37,210 bases of DNA from Nemertoderma westbladi (lineage: Eukaryota > Animalia > Xenacoelomorpha). The stretch spans positions 1 to 37,210 of the forward strand of contig JAUCBJ010005282.1 in NCBI GenBank assembly GCA_032718475.1, given 5' to 3'. The translations under genes were made by a program, and so were the position numbers. Positions 22,701-34,826 of this stretch are shown in pieces. The notes below the pieces were generated by a model, which was not told the DNA's origin, did not search any database, and was given only the letters and a program-made list of their open reading frames with translations. Each line of letters begins with the position of its first letter. Within the stretch, counting starts at the first letter, position 1.

Positions 22701-25700
22701 GACTCGGAAACGTAAAGTAAGTTGGAAGATTAATGGACTCGGAAAGGTACAGTAGTTTGGAAGATTAATGGACTCGGAAAGGTACAGTAGGTTGGAAGAT
22801 TAATGGACTCGGAAACGTACAGTAGGTTGGAAGATTAATGGACTCGGAAAGGTACAGTAGTTTGGAAGATTAATGGACTCGGAAAGGTACAGTAGTTTGG
22901 AAGATTAATGGACTCGGAAAGGTACAGTAGGTTGGAAGATTAATGGACTCGGAAACGTACAGTAGGTTGGAAGATTAATGGACTCGGAAACGTACAGTAG
23001 GTTGGAAGATTAATGGACTCGGAAAGGTACAGTAGGTTGGAACATTAATGGACTCGGAAAGGTAGAGTAATTTGGAAGATTAATGGACTCGGAAGCGTAG
23101 AGTAGGTTGGAAGATTAATGGACTCGGAAACGTAAAGTAAGTTGGAAGATTAATGGACTCGGAAAGGTACAGTAGGTTGGAAGATTAATGGACTCGGAAA
23201 CGTTAAGTAGGTAGAAAGATTAATGGACTCGGAAACGTAGAGTAATTTGGAAGATTAATGGACTCGGAAACGTAAAGTAAGTTGGAAGATTAATGGACTC
23301 GGAAAGGTACAGTAGGTTGGAAGATTAATGGACTCGGAAAGGTACAGTAGGTTGGAAGATTAATGGACTCGGAAACGTTAAGTAGGTAGAAAGATTAATG
23401 GACTCGGAAACGTACAGTAGGTTGGAAGATTAATGGACTCGGAAACGTAAAGTAAGTTGGAAGATTAATGGACTCGGAAACGTACAGTAGGTTGAAAGAT
23501 TAATGGACTCGGAAACGTACAGTAGGTTGAAAGATTAATGGACTCGGAAACGTAAAGTAAGTTGAAAGAGTAATGGACTCGGAAACGTAAAGTAAGTTGG
23601 AAGATTAATGGACTGGGAAAGGTACAGTAGTTTGGAAGATTAATGGACTCGGAAACGTACAGTAGGTTGAAAGATTAATGGACTCGGAAACGTAGAGTAG
23701 GTTGGAAGATTAATGGACTCGGAAAGGTACAGTAGGTTGAAAGATTAATGGACTCGGAAACGTAGAGTAGGTTGGAAGATTAATGGACTCGGAAACGTAG
23801 AGTAGGTTGGAAGATTAATGGACTCGGAAAGGTACAGTAGGTTGAAAGATTAATGGACTCGGAAACGTAAAGTAGGTTGAAAGATTAATGGACTCGGAAA
23901 CGTAAAGTAAGTTGGAAGATTAATGGACTCGGAAAGGTACAGTAGTTTGGAAGATTAATGGACTCGGAAAGGTACAGTAGGTTGAAAGATTAATGGACTC
24001 GGAAACGTAAAGTAAGTTGAAAGAGTAATGGACTCGGAAACGTACAGTAGGTTGAAAGATTAATGGACTCGGAAACGTAAAGTAAGTTGAAAGAGTAATG
24101 GACTCGGAAACGTAAAGTAAGTTGGAAGATTAATGGACTCGGAAAGGTACAGTAGGTTGGAAGATTAATGGACTCGGAAACGTAAAGTAACTTGAAAGAT
24201 TAATGGACTCGAAAACGTAAAGTAAGTTGGAAGATTAATGGACTCGGAAACGTAAAGTAAGTTGAAAGAGTAATGGACTCGGAAACGTAAAGTAAGTTGG
24301 AAGATTAATGGACTCGGAAAGGTACAGTAGTTTGGAAGATTAATGGACTCGGAAAGGTACAGTAGGTTGAAAGATTAATTGACTCGGAAAGGTACAGTAG
24401 TTTGGAAGATTAATGGACTCGGAAAGGTACAGTAGTTTGGAAGATTAATGGACTCGGAAAGGTACAGTAGGTTGGAAGATTAATGGACTCGGAAACGTAC
24501 AGTAGGTTGGAAGATTAATGGACTCGGAAAGGTACAGTAGGTTGGAAGATTAATGGACTCGGAAAGGTACAGTAGTTTGGAAGATTAATGGACTCGGAAA
24601 GGTACAGTAGTTTGGAAGATTAATGGACTCGGAAAGGTACAGTAGGTTGGAAGATTAATGGACTCGGAAACGTACAGTAGGTTGGAAGATTAATGGACTC
24701 GGAAACGTACAGTAGGTTGGAAGATTAATGGACTCGGAAAGGTACAGTAGTTTGGAAGATTAATGGACTCGGAAAGGTACAGTAGGTTGGAAGATTAATG
24801 GACTCGGAAACGTACAGTAGGTTGGAAGATTAATGGACTCGGAAACGTACAGTAGGTTGGAAGATTAATGGACTCGGAAAGGTACAGTAGGTTGGAAGAT
24901 TAATGGACTCGGAAAGGTAGAGTAATTTGGAAGATTAATGGACTCGGAAGCGTAGAGTAGGTTGGAAGATTAATGGACTCGGAAAGGTACAGTAGGTTGG
25001 AAGATTAATGGACTCGGAAACGTAAAGTAACTTGAAAGATTAATGGACTCGAAAACGTAAAGTAAGTTGGAAGATTAATGGACTCGGAAACGTAAAGTAA
25101 GTTGAAAGAGTAATGGACTCGGAAACGTAAAGTAAGTTGGAAGATTAATGGACTCGGAAAGGTACAGTAGTTTGGAAGATTAATGGACTCGGAAAGGTAC
25201 AGTAGGTTGGAAGATTAATGGACTCGGAAACGTACAGTAGGTTGGAAGATTAATGGACTCGGAAAGGTACAGTAGTTTGGAAGATTAATGGACTCGGAAA
25301 GGTACAGTAGTTTGGAAGATTAATGGACTCGGAAAGGTACAGTAGGTTGGAAGATTAATGGACTCGGAAACGTACAGTAGGTTGGAAGATTAATGGACTC
25401 GGAAACGTACAGTAGGTTGGAAGATTAATGGACTCGGAAAGGTACAGTAGGTTGGAACATTAATGGACTCGGAAAGGTAGAGTAATTTGGAAGATTAATG
25501 GACTCGGAAGCGTAGAGTAGGTTGGAAGATTAATGGACTCGGAAACGTAAAGTAAGTTGGAAGATTAATGGACTCGGAAAGGTACAGTAGGTTGGAAGAT
25601 TAATGGACTCGGAAACGTTAAGTAGGTAGAAAGATTAATGGACTCGGAAACGTAGAGTAATTTGGAAGATTAATGGACTCGGAAACGTAAAGTAAGTTGG

Positions 25701-28700
25701 AAGATTAATGGACTCGGAAAGGTACAGTAGGTTGGAAGATTAATGGACTCGGAAAGGTACAGTAGGTTGGAAGATTAATGGACTCGGAAACGTTAAGTAG
25801 GTAGAAAGATTAATGGACTCGGAAACGTACAGTAGGTTGGAAGATTAATGGACTCGGAAACGTAAAGTAAGTTGGAAGATTAATGGACTCGGAAAGGTAC
25901 AGTAGGTTGGAAGATTAATGGACTCGGAAAGGTAGAGTAATTTGGAAGATTAATATACTCGGAAAGGTACAGTAGGTTGGAAGATTAATGGACTCGGAAA
26001 GGTACAGTAGGTTGGAAGATTAATGGACTCGGAAACGTTAAGTAGGTAGAAAGATTAATGGACTCGGAAGCGTAGGGTAGGTTGGAAGATTAATGGACTC
26101 GGAAATGTAAAGTAAGTTGGAAGATTAATGGACTCGGAAACGTAAAGTACTGTAAGTTGAAAGATTAATGGACTCGGAAACGTTAAGTTGGTAGAAAGAT
26201 TAATGGACTCGGAAACGTACAGTAGGTTGGAAGATTAATTGACTCGGAAACGTACAGTAGGTTGGAAGATTAATTGACTCGGAAACGTACAGTAGGTTGG
26301 AAGATTAATGGACTCGGAAACGTTAAGTAGGTAGAAAGATTAATGGACTCGGAAAGGTACAGTAGGTTGGAAGATTAATGGACTCGGAAACGTTAAGTAG
26401 GTAGAAAGATTAATGGACTCGGAAACGTACAGTAGGTTGGAAGATTAATGGACTCGGAAACGTAGAGTAGGTTGGAAGATTAATGGACTCGGAAACGTAC
26501 AGTAGGTTGGAAGATTAATGGACTCGGAAACGTACAGTAGGTTGGAAGATTAATGGACTCGGAAATGTACAGTAGGTTGGAAGATTAATGGACTCGGAAA
26601 CGTAGAGTAGGTTGGAAGATTAATGTACTCGGAAAGGTACAGTAGGTTGGAAGATTAATGGACTCGGAAAGGTACAGTAGGTTGGAAGATTAATGGACTC
26701 GGAAACGTTAAGTAGGTAGAAAGATTAATGGACTCGGAAACGTACAGTAGGTTGGAAGATTAATGGACTCGGAAACGTAGAGTAGGTTGGAAGATTAATG
26801 GACTCGGAAAGGTACAGTAGGTTGGAAGATTAATGGACTCGGAAACGTAGAGTAGGTTGGAAGATTAATATACTCGGAAAGGTACAGTAGGTTGGAAGAT
26901 TAATGGACTCGGAAAGGTACAGTAGGTTGGAAGATTAATGGACTCGGAAACGTTAAGTAGGTAGAAAGATTAATGGACTCGGAAACGTACAGTAGGTTGG
27001 AAGATTAATGGACTCGGAAACGTAGAGTAGGTTGGAAGATTAATGGACTCGGAAACGTACAGTAGGTTGGAAGATTAATGGACTCGGAAAGGTACAGTAG
27101 ATTGGAAGATTAATGGACTCGGAAAGGTACAGTAGGTTGGAAGATTAATGGACTCGGAAAGGTAGAGTAATTTGGAAGATTAATGGACTCGGAAGCGTAG
27201 AGTAGGTTGGAAGATTAATGGACTCGGAAAGGTACAGTAGGTTGGAAGATTAATGGACTCGGAAACGTAAAGTAACTTGAAAGATTAATGGACTCGAAAA
27301 CGTAAAGTAAGTTGGAAGATTAATGGACTCGGAAACGTAAAGTAAGTTGAAAGAGTAATGGACTCGGAAACGTAAAGTAAGTTGGAAGATTAATGGACTC
27401 GGAAAGGTACAGTAGTTTGGAAGATTAATGGACTCGGAAAGGTACAGTAGGTTGGAAGATTAATGGACTCGGAAACGTACAGTAGGTTGGAAGATTAATG
27501 GACTCGGAAAGGTACAGTAGTTTGGAAGATTAATGGACTCGGAAAGGTACAGTAGTTTGGAAGATTAATGGACTCGGAAAGGTACAGTAGGTTGGAAGAT
27601 TAATGGACTCGGAAACGTACAGTAGGTTGGAAGATTAATGGACTCGGAAACGTACAGTAGGTTGGAAGATTAATGGACTCGGAAAGGTACAGTAGGTTGG
27701 AACATTAATGGACTCGGAAAGGTAGAGTAATTTGGAAGATTAATGGACTCGGAAGCGTAGAGTAGGTTGGAAGATTAATGGACTCGGAAACGTAAAGTAA
27801 GTTGGAAGATTAATGGACTCGGAAAGGTACAGTAGGTTGGAAGATTAATGGACTCGGAAACGTTAAGTAGGTAGAAAGATTAATGGACTCGGAAACGTAG
27901 AGTAATTTGGAAGATTAATGGACTCGGAAACGTAAAGTAAGTTGGAAGATTAATGGACTCGGAAAGGTACAGTAGGTTGGAAGATTAATGGACTCGGAAA
28001 GGTACAGTAGGTTGGAAGATTAATGGACTCGGAAACGTTAAGTAGGTAGAAAGATTAATGGACTCGGAAACGTACAGTAGGTTGGAAGATTAATGGACTC
28101 GGAAACGTAAAGTAAGTTGGAAGATTAATGGACTCGGAAAGGTACAGTAGGTTGGAAGATTAATGGACTCGGAAAGGTAGAGTAATTTGGAAGATTAATA
28201 TACTCGGAAAGGTACAGTAGGTTGGAAGATTAATGGACTCGGAAAGGTACAGTAGGTTGGAAGATTAATGGACTCGGAAACGTTAAGTAGGTAGAAAGAT
28301 TAATGGACTCGGAAGCGTAGGGTAGGTTGGAAGATTAATGGACTCGGAAATGTAAAGTAAGTTGGAAGATTAATGGACTCGGAAACGTAAAGTACTGTAA
28401 GTTGAAAGATTAATGGACTCGGAAACGTTAAGTTGGTAGAAAGATTAATGGACTCGGAAACGTACAGTAGGTTGGAAGATTAATTGACTCGGAAACGTAC
28501 AGTAGGTTGGAAGATTAATTGACTCGGAAACGTACAGTAGGTTGGAAGATTAATGGACTCGGAAACGTTAAGTAGGTAGAAAGATTAATGGACTCGGAAA
28601 GGTACAGTAGGTTGGAAGATTAATGGACTCGGAAACGTTAAGTAGGTAGAAAGATTAATGGACTCGGAAACGTACAGTAGGTTGGAAGATTAATGGACTC

Positions 28701-30769
28701 GGAAACGTAGAGTAGGTTGGAAGATTAATGGACTCGGAAACGTACAGTAGGTTGGAAGATTAATGGACTCGGAAACGTACAGTAGGTTGGAAGATTAATG
28801 GACTCGGAAATGTACAGTAGGTTGGAAGATTAATGGACTCGGAAACGTAGAGTAGGTTGGAAGATTAATGTACTCGGAAAGGTACAGTAGGTTGGAAGAT
28901 TAATGGACTCGGAAAGGTACAGTAGGTTGGAAGATTAATGGACTCGGAAACGTTAAGTAGGTAGAAAGATTAATGGACTCGGAAACGTACAGTAGGTTGG
29001 AAGATTAATGGACTCGGAAACGTAGAGTAGGTTGGAAGATTAATGGACTCGGAAAGGTACAGTAGGTTGGAAGATTAATGGACTCGGAAACGTAGAGTAG
29101 GTTGGAAGATTAATATACTCGGAAAGGTACAGTAGGTTGGAAGATTAATGGACTCGGAAAGGTACAGTAGGTTGGAAGATTAATGGACTCGGAAACGTTA
29201 AGTAGGTAGAAAGATTAATGGACTCGGAAACGTACAGTAGGTTGGAAGATTAATGGACTCGGAAACGTAGAGTAGGTTGGAAGATTAATGGACTCGGAAA
29301 CGTACAGTAGGTTGGAAGATTAATGGACTCGGAAAGGTACAGTAGATTGGAAGATTAATGGACTCGGAAAGGTACAGTAGGTTGGAAGATTAATGGACTC
29401 GGAAAGGTAGAGTAGGTTGGAAGATTAATGGACTCGGAAACGTAGAGTAGGTTGGAAGATTAATGGACTCGGAAACGTACAGTAGGTTGGAAGATTAATG
29501 GACTCGGAAAGGTACAGTAGGTTGGAAGATTAATGGACTCGGAAAGGTACAGTAGGTTGGAAGATTAATGGACTCGGAAACGTTAAGTAGGTAGAAAGAT
29601 TAATGGACTCGGAAACGTACAGTAGGTTGGAAGATTAATGGACTCGGAAAGGTACAGTAGGTTGGAAGATTAATGGACTCGGAAAGGTACAGTAGGTTGG
29701 AAGATTAATGGACTCGGAAACGTACAATAGTTTGGAAGATTAATTGACTCGGAAACGTACAGTAGGTTGGAAGATTAATGGACTCGGAAAGGTACAGTAG
29801 GTTGGAAGATTAATGGACTCGGAAAGGTACAGTAGGTTGGAAGATTAATGGACTCGGAAACGTAGAGTAGGTTGGAAGATTAATGGACTCGGAAAGGTAC
29901 AGTAGGTTGGAAGATTGATGGACTCGGAAAGGTACAGTAGGTTGGAAGATTAATGGACTCGGAAACGTAGAGTAGGTTGGAAGATTAATGGACTCGGAAA
30001 GGTACAGTAGGTTGGAAGATTAATGGACTCGGAAACGTAGAGTAGGTTGGAAGATTAATGGACTCGGAAAGGTACAGTAGGTTGGAAGATTGATGGACTC
30101 GGAAAGGTACAGTAGGTTGGAAGATTAATGGACTCGGAAACGTAGAGTAGGTTGGAAGATTAATGGACTCGGAAAGGTACAATAGTTTGGAAGATTAATT
30201 GACTCGGAAACGTACAGTAGGTTGGAAGATTAATGGACTCGGAAATGTACAGTAGGTTGGAAGATTAATGGACTCGGAAACGTAGAGTAGGTTGGAAGAT
30301 TAATGTACTCGGAAAGGTACAGTAGGTTGGAAGATTAATGGACTCGGAAAGGTACAGTAGGTTGGAAGATTAATGGACAGGGAAACGTACAGTAGGTTGG
30401 AAGATTAATGGACTCGGAAAGGTACAGTAGGTTTGAAGATTAATGGACTCGGAAAGGTACAGAATTTTGGAAGATTAATGGACTCGGAAAGGTACAGTAG
30501 GTTGGAAGATTAATGGACTCGGAAAGGTAAAGTAAGTTGGAAGATTAATGGACTCGGAAACGTACAGTAGGTTGAAAGATTAATGGACTCGGAAACGTAA
30601 AGTAGGTTGGAAGATTAATGGACTCGGAAACGTACAGTAGGTTGGAAGATTAATGGACTCGGAAAGGTACAGTAGGTTGAAAGATTAATGGACTCGGAAA
30701 CGTAAAGTAGGTTGGAAGATTAATGGACTCGGAAACGTACAGTAGGTTGGAAGATTAATGGACTCGGAA
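19778..30769. repeat. 11 kb satellite of a 35-bp unit (about 314 copies), intronic
   Basis: Consensus AAGATTAATGGACTCGGAAA(C/G)GTA(C/A/G)AGTA(G/A)GTTG(G/A). Degenerate monomers also occur at about 18810-18995. Confidence 0.99.
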
Positions 30770-30821
30770 TACCCACACAGGCGCAGGAGGTCATAAGAAA
30801 GTCGAGAAACTATTATTACTA

Positions 30822-31262
30822 TTATTTACTAACATTGCTGTTAATCTCTACTTTCTAACTTTATTTACTAACGTTGCTGTTAATCTCTACTTTCTAACTT
30901 TATTTACTAACGTTGCTGTTAATCTCTACTTTCTAACTTTATTTACTAACATTGCTGTTAATCTCTACTTTCTAACTTTATTTACTAACGTTGCTGTTAC
31001 TCTCTACTTTCTAACTTTATTTACTAACATTGCTGTTAATCTCTACTTTCTAACTTTATTTACTAACGTTGCTGTTAATCTCTACTTTCTAACTTTATTT
31101 ACTAACGTTGCTGTTAATCTCTAATTTCTAACTTTATTTACTAACATTGCTGTTAATCTCTACTTTCTAACTTTATTTACTAACATTGCTGTTAATCTCT
31201 ACTTTCTAACTTTATTTACTAACATTGCTGTTAATCTCTACTTTCTAACTTTATTTACTAAC
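30822..31262. repeat. 39-bp minisatellite, about 11 copies, starting at the exon 2 splice donor
   Basis: Unit TTATTTACTAACRTTGCTGTTAATCTCTACTTTCTAACT. Confidence 0.96.
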
Positions 31263-31516
31263 GTTTCAGATGTTGACTTTTGCCGAACCGGCATTATTTC
31301 CCATTTGTCCGACAAGTCGGCAAATTTTTTACTGAATTTCTCTATGAATATTTGGTCCAGTAAATTAGAAGCAGCAACGTATATAGTTGGTGCTCCCTCT
31401 ATGGAGGGAGTTACTAGAGGGTGGTACTCGTAAGGGATGCTGAACTTTGGTTTGTTTTCCAACTCTTTGGCAAAGCTGATTGGTTGGTTGTTTGGCCATT
31501 GCGGTTGCCACTGATC
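31263..31516 (-). CDS. Exon 2 of RTP-like zf-3CxxC protein
   Basis: Acceptor ttatttaacAG, open frame DQWQPQWPNN...IFIEKFSKKFADLSDKWEIMPVRQKSTSE, donor AC|GTTAGT. Phase 0/2 fits both neighbours. F...F.....W resembles the segment that precedes the RTP zinc finger. Confidence 0.78.
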
Positions 31517-31689
31517 CTGTTAAATAATTAAAATAAATTAATAAGGAATGTTTCAATTATTAATATATGTTCGTGTTCAGATATTATAAATATATTTCGG
31601 GCACTTACTTACATTATGTTATTATTAATATTAAATTACATTATTTGTTATACTTTATTATATCAGAAGATATAATTCGAACGAACTGA

Positions 31690-31724
31690 CACGTTCGTGG
31701 GGCCTTCGCGCAGCACGAGGCCCA
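31690..31724 (+). mobile_element. GC-rich stem-loop, probable Helentron/HINE 3' end
   Basis: GGGCCTtcgcgcagcacgAGGCCC. Related to 3150-3182 and inverted relative to 33085-33103. Confidence 0.4.
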
Positions 31725-32084
31725 GTTATGAGATACAAATTAAAATTGTGCGACTGTATCACAAAATCAGGTTATGAGAGATTAACCCACACCACCAATT
31801 AATCAAAGAAAGGGGGACAGTACGTGTTCACCCCTTTTAATCTGCACCCCCCCCCCCCCCCTCCCCCCACCCACCAATACATAACCGCGACATCTACCAC
31901 CCACGGAAGGGTAGCACGAACTTATTTCCAAACGCACGTTCAATATGCAAAGCCAGGTGGTTTATAGGAATATAGTCAAAGCAGTACTCGTCTTCATTAT
32001 AAGCCTCTTTGCGTTCGCCCTGTGTTGTATTAAAATATATTTATTAAACGCAGGCTGACGCTCTTTATAATAATAATACCTAGG

Positions 32085-32413
32085 GATGCCAGCTTCCAGA
32101 CTTTCAATCTTTACTGCCGCGCAAACCCCGCAGAGGAAGTTTTGGTTTGAGAGATCAAGCCCATCGGCAATTGGTGTTTCAATTTCGGTCCAGGAACTCT
32201 GACAATGGGAGCATTCAATCTTAGCTGTGGTCCATTCCCGTGGTTTCGGCTTCCTTTTCTTCGTCCCAATGACAGATTCTTCTGAAGACGTTCGATTCGC
32301 TTTCAGTTTATTGTTGGCGTTTGTGTTTTGAATTTGTATTCGAGTGGACAGTGGCCGGTTTCGAGGTAACCATACCGACCTGTGATAAGCGTTGGTTTTG
32401 TTGAGTGCCGGTA
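32085..32413 (-). pseudogene. Start-less open frame with CxxC...CxxC finger, probably a LINE ORF1 N-terminal fragment
   Basis: Manual translation ...GTKKRKPKPREWTTAKIECSHCQSSWTEIETPIADGLDLSNQNFLCGVCAAVKIESLEA. Not in the ORF track. Confidence 0.5.
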
Positions 32414-33082
32414 TTCATCTTCTCTCACCTCTTCAATGTCAGATGTTGCAAATACTGATAACACGAATAACGGTATATATTTCAATACTTGTCAATAGTA
32501 ATATATATAATTTAGATAACTATTTTATATCTGTACTGTTGAGCAAACTCTACATAAATTCCAACCTGTGTATCGCCGGTAGTGCTGTTGCTGCAGTGCT
32601 ATGCAAGTGTGCTGAAGTGCTAGTTGCCACCGGTCAGCCGGTACCGGTAGTAGGGTGGTACCTACGGTGCGCACTACAACGGCAGTACAGCAATACGGTG
32701 TACCGTGCCAATGACTGAATGATTAGCGGTAACTATCTAAACTATTATATTATTATTACCGGTGCCGGTACTGGGCTATTAGGCCTAAACTATAATCACC
32801 GCAAGGGTTGCCAGGGCCATGTTTAATTAGATTACATGATATGGCATGTCTGCAGTGTATGGTACCGGCTGACCAGTATTGCAGTATTGACTGATTGCAG
32901 GATTCTCGATTCAGGGATTGAGTACAGCCTGACAGTACCGGTACACATGGTACATGCAGACAGCCACAATGTATTGCAAAATTTGTTAGAAACCCAGCTG
33001 ATTTATCCTACAGTAATAATAATTTAACGCATTTTAAATTTGGATAAATAAATTTATTACAACTGCAATAACAGTTACACTG

Positions 33083-33300
33083 ATGCTGCACGAAGGCCCC
33101 ACGCAAATTCTACTTGGAAAATTTTCAAACTTTTGCCAAACAACATGTGTACCAAGTTTGGATAGATTTCATCAAGGATTGGCCGAGTTATTAACGTTTA
33201 AAATAGAATACTGAAAAAAAAAACCACGCGACAGAACGACAGGTTGATTAATGGTACCCCTACGCTAAGGCTCACTCACTTCGTGGCTCGCCCCACATAA
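33083..33300 (+). mobile_element. Helentron/HINE-like fragment
   Basis: Begins with an inverted copy of the 31697-31714 motif, followed by the catgtgtaccaagtttgg core shared with 3333-3380. Confidence 0.4.
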
Positions 33301-33677
33301 TTAATAGTCATGAGGTTTTCGTGGAACACGTCATTTTATTCGACAATATTACCTTTTCATATCTCTCTTTGCTCTCCATGAATGTCCGATACGGTAGTAG
33401 CAGTAGTTCCACCTCAAACTGCGGCACTGCAGAACTGAAGCGAATTATAGTTGCTCACTGAATGGATAACATGTGTACTTCTGTATTACCACACGGCACG
33501 CACAAGAATAAAACAAATAATTTTTGACGGTGAAATTCAAACGTTTATTGGAACAAAAGTAGCGTAGTATATACTGTATTTCTCTTGTTATTATTATTAT
33601 TATAAAATTTAATTTCACAGGGACCCATAAATAATTTCACCAATGAGCATCACAAGGTATATACTTATAATTAAAGA

Positions 33678-34730
33678 ACAACAAAACTACACACATTAGA
33701 TGTTCAGTTTCTCAAACAAAGCTACACACATTAGGTGTTCAGTTTCTCAAACAACGCTACACACATTAGGTGTTCAGTTTCTCCAACAAAGCTACACACA
33801 TTAGGTGTGCAGTTTCTCCAACAAAGCTACACACATTAGGTGTGCAGTTTCTCAAACAACGCTACACACATTAGATGTTCAGTTTCTCAAACAAAGCTAC
33901 ACACATTAGGTGTGCAGTTTCTCCAACAAAGCTACACACATTAGGTGTGCAGTTTCCTCCAACAAAGCTACACACATTAGGTGTGCAGTTTCTCCAACAA
34001 AGCTACACACATTAGGTGTGCAGTTTCTCCAACAAAGCTACACACATTAGGTGTGCAGTTTCTCCAACAAAGCTACACACATTAGGTGTGCAGTTTCTCC
34101 AACAAAGCTACACACATTAAGTGTGCAGTTCTCCATGTAACAACATCGCTACACATTAGGTGTGCAATTTCTCCAACAAAGCTACACACATTAGGTGTGC
34201 AGTTTCTCCAACAAAGCTACACACATTAGGTGAGCAGTTCTCCATGTAACAACAACGCTACACATTAGGTGTGCAGTTCACCATGTAACAACAAAGCTAC
34301 ATACATTAGGTGTGCAGTTTCTCCAACAAAGCTACACACATTAAGTGTGCAGTTCTCCATGTAACAACATCGCTACACATTAGGTGTGCAATTTCTCCAA
34401 CAAAGCTACACACATTAGGTGTGCAGTTTCTCCAACAAAGCTACACACATTAAGTGTGCAGTTCTCCATGTAACAACAACGCTACACATTAGGTGTGCAG
34501 TTCTCCATGTAACAACAAAGCTACACTCATTAGGTGTGCAGTTTCTCCAACAAAGCTACACACATTAAGTGTGCAGTTCTCCATGTAACAACATCGCTAC
34601 ACATTAGGTGTGCAGTTTCTCCATGTAACAACAACGCTACACATTAGGTGTGCAGGTGAGGTTCTCCACAAAGCTACACATTAGGTGTGCAGTTGCAGTT
34701 CTCCACAAAGCTAGGCATTAGGTGTCCAGT
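33678..34730. repeat. 35-bp minisatellite with longer CATGTAAC-containing variants, about 29 copies
   Basis: Unit CTACACACATTAGGTGTGCAGTTTCTCCAACAAAG. Its sequence is unrelated to the 11 kb satellite. Confidence 0.96.
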
Positions 34731-34826
34731 TTTTCCTTGCAGGAAAAATTCCAAAAAATAAATTATGTGGTACAAATTTATGTTTATATACAAATTTGCC
34801 ATTATTATATTAAAACTGATACCAAC

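Noticed and set aside
19778-30769. CRISPR array
   Set aside because: The variable parts are only 15 bp and are alleles of one sequence, not unique spacers. There are no cas genes and the context is a eukaryotic intron.
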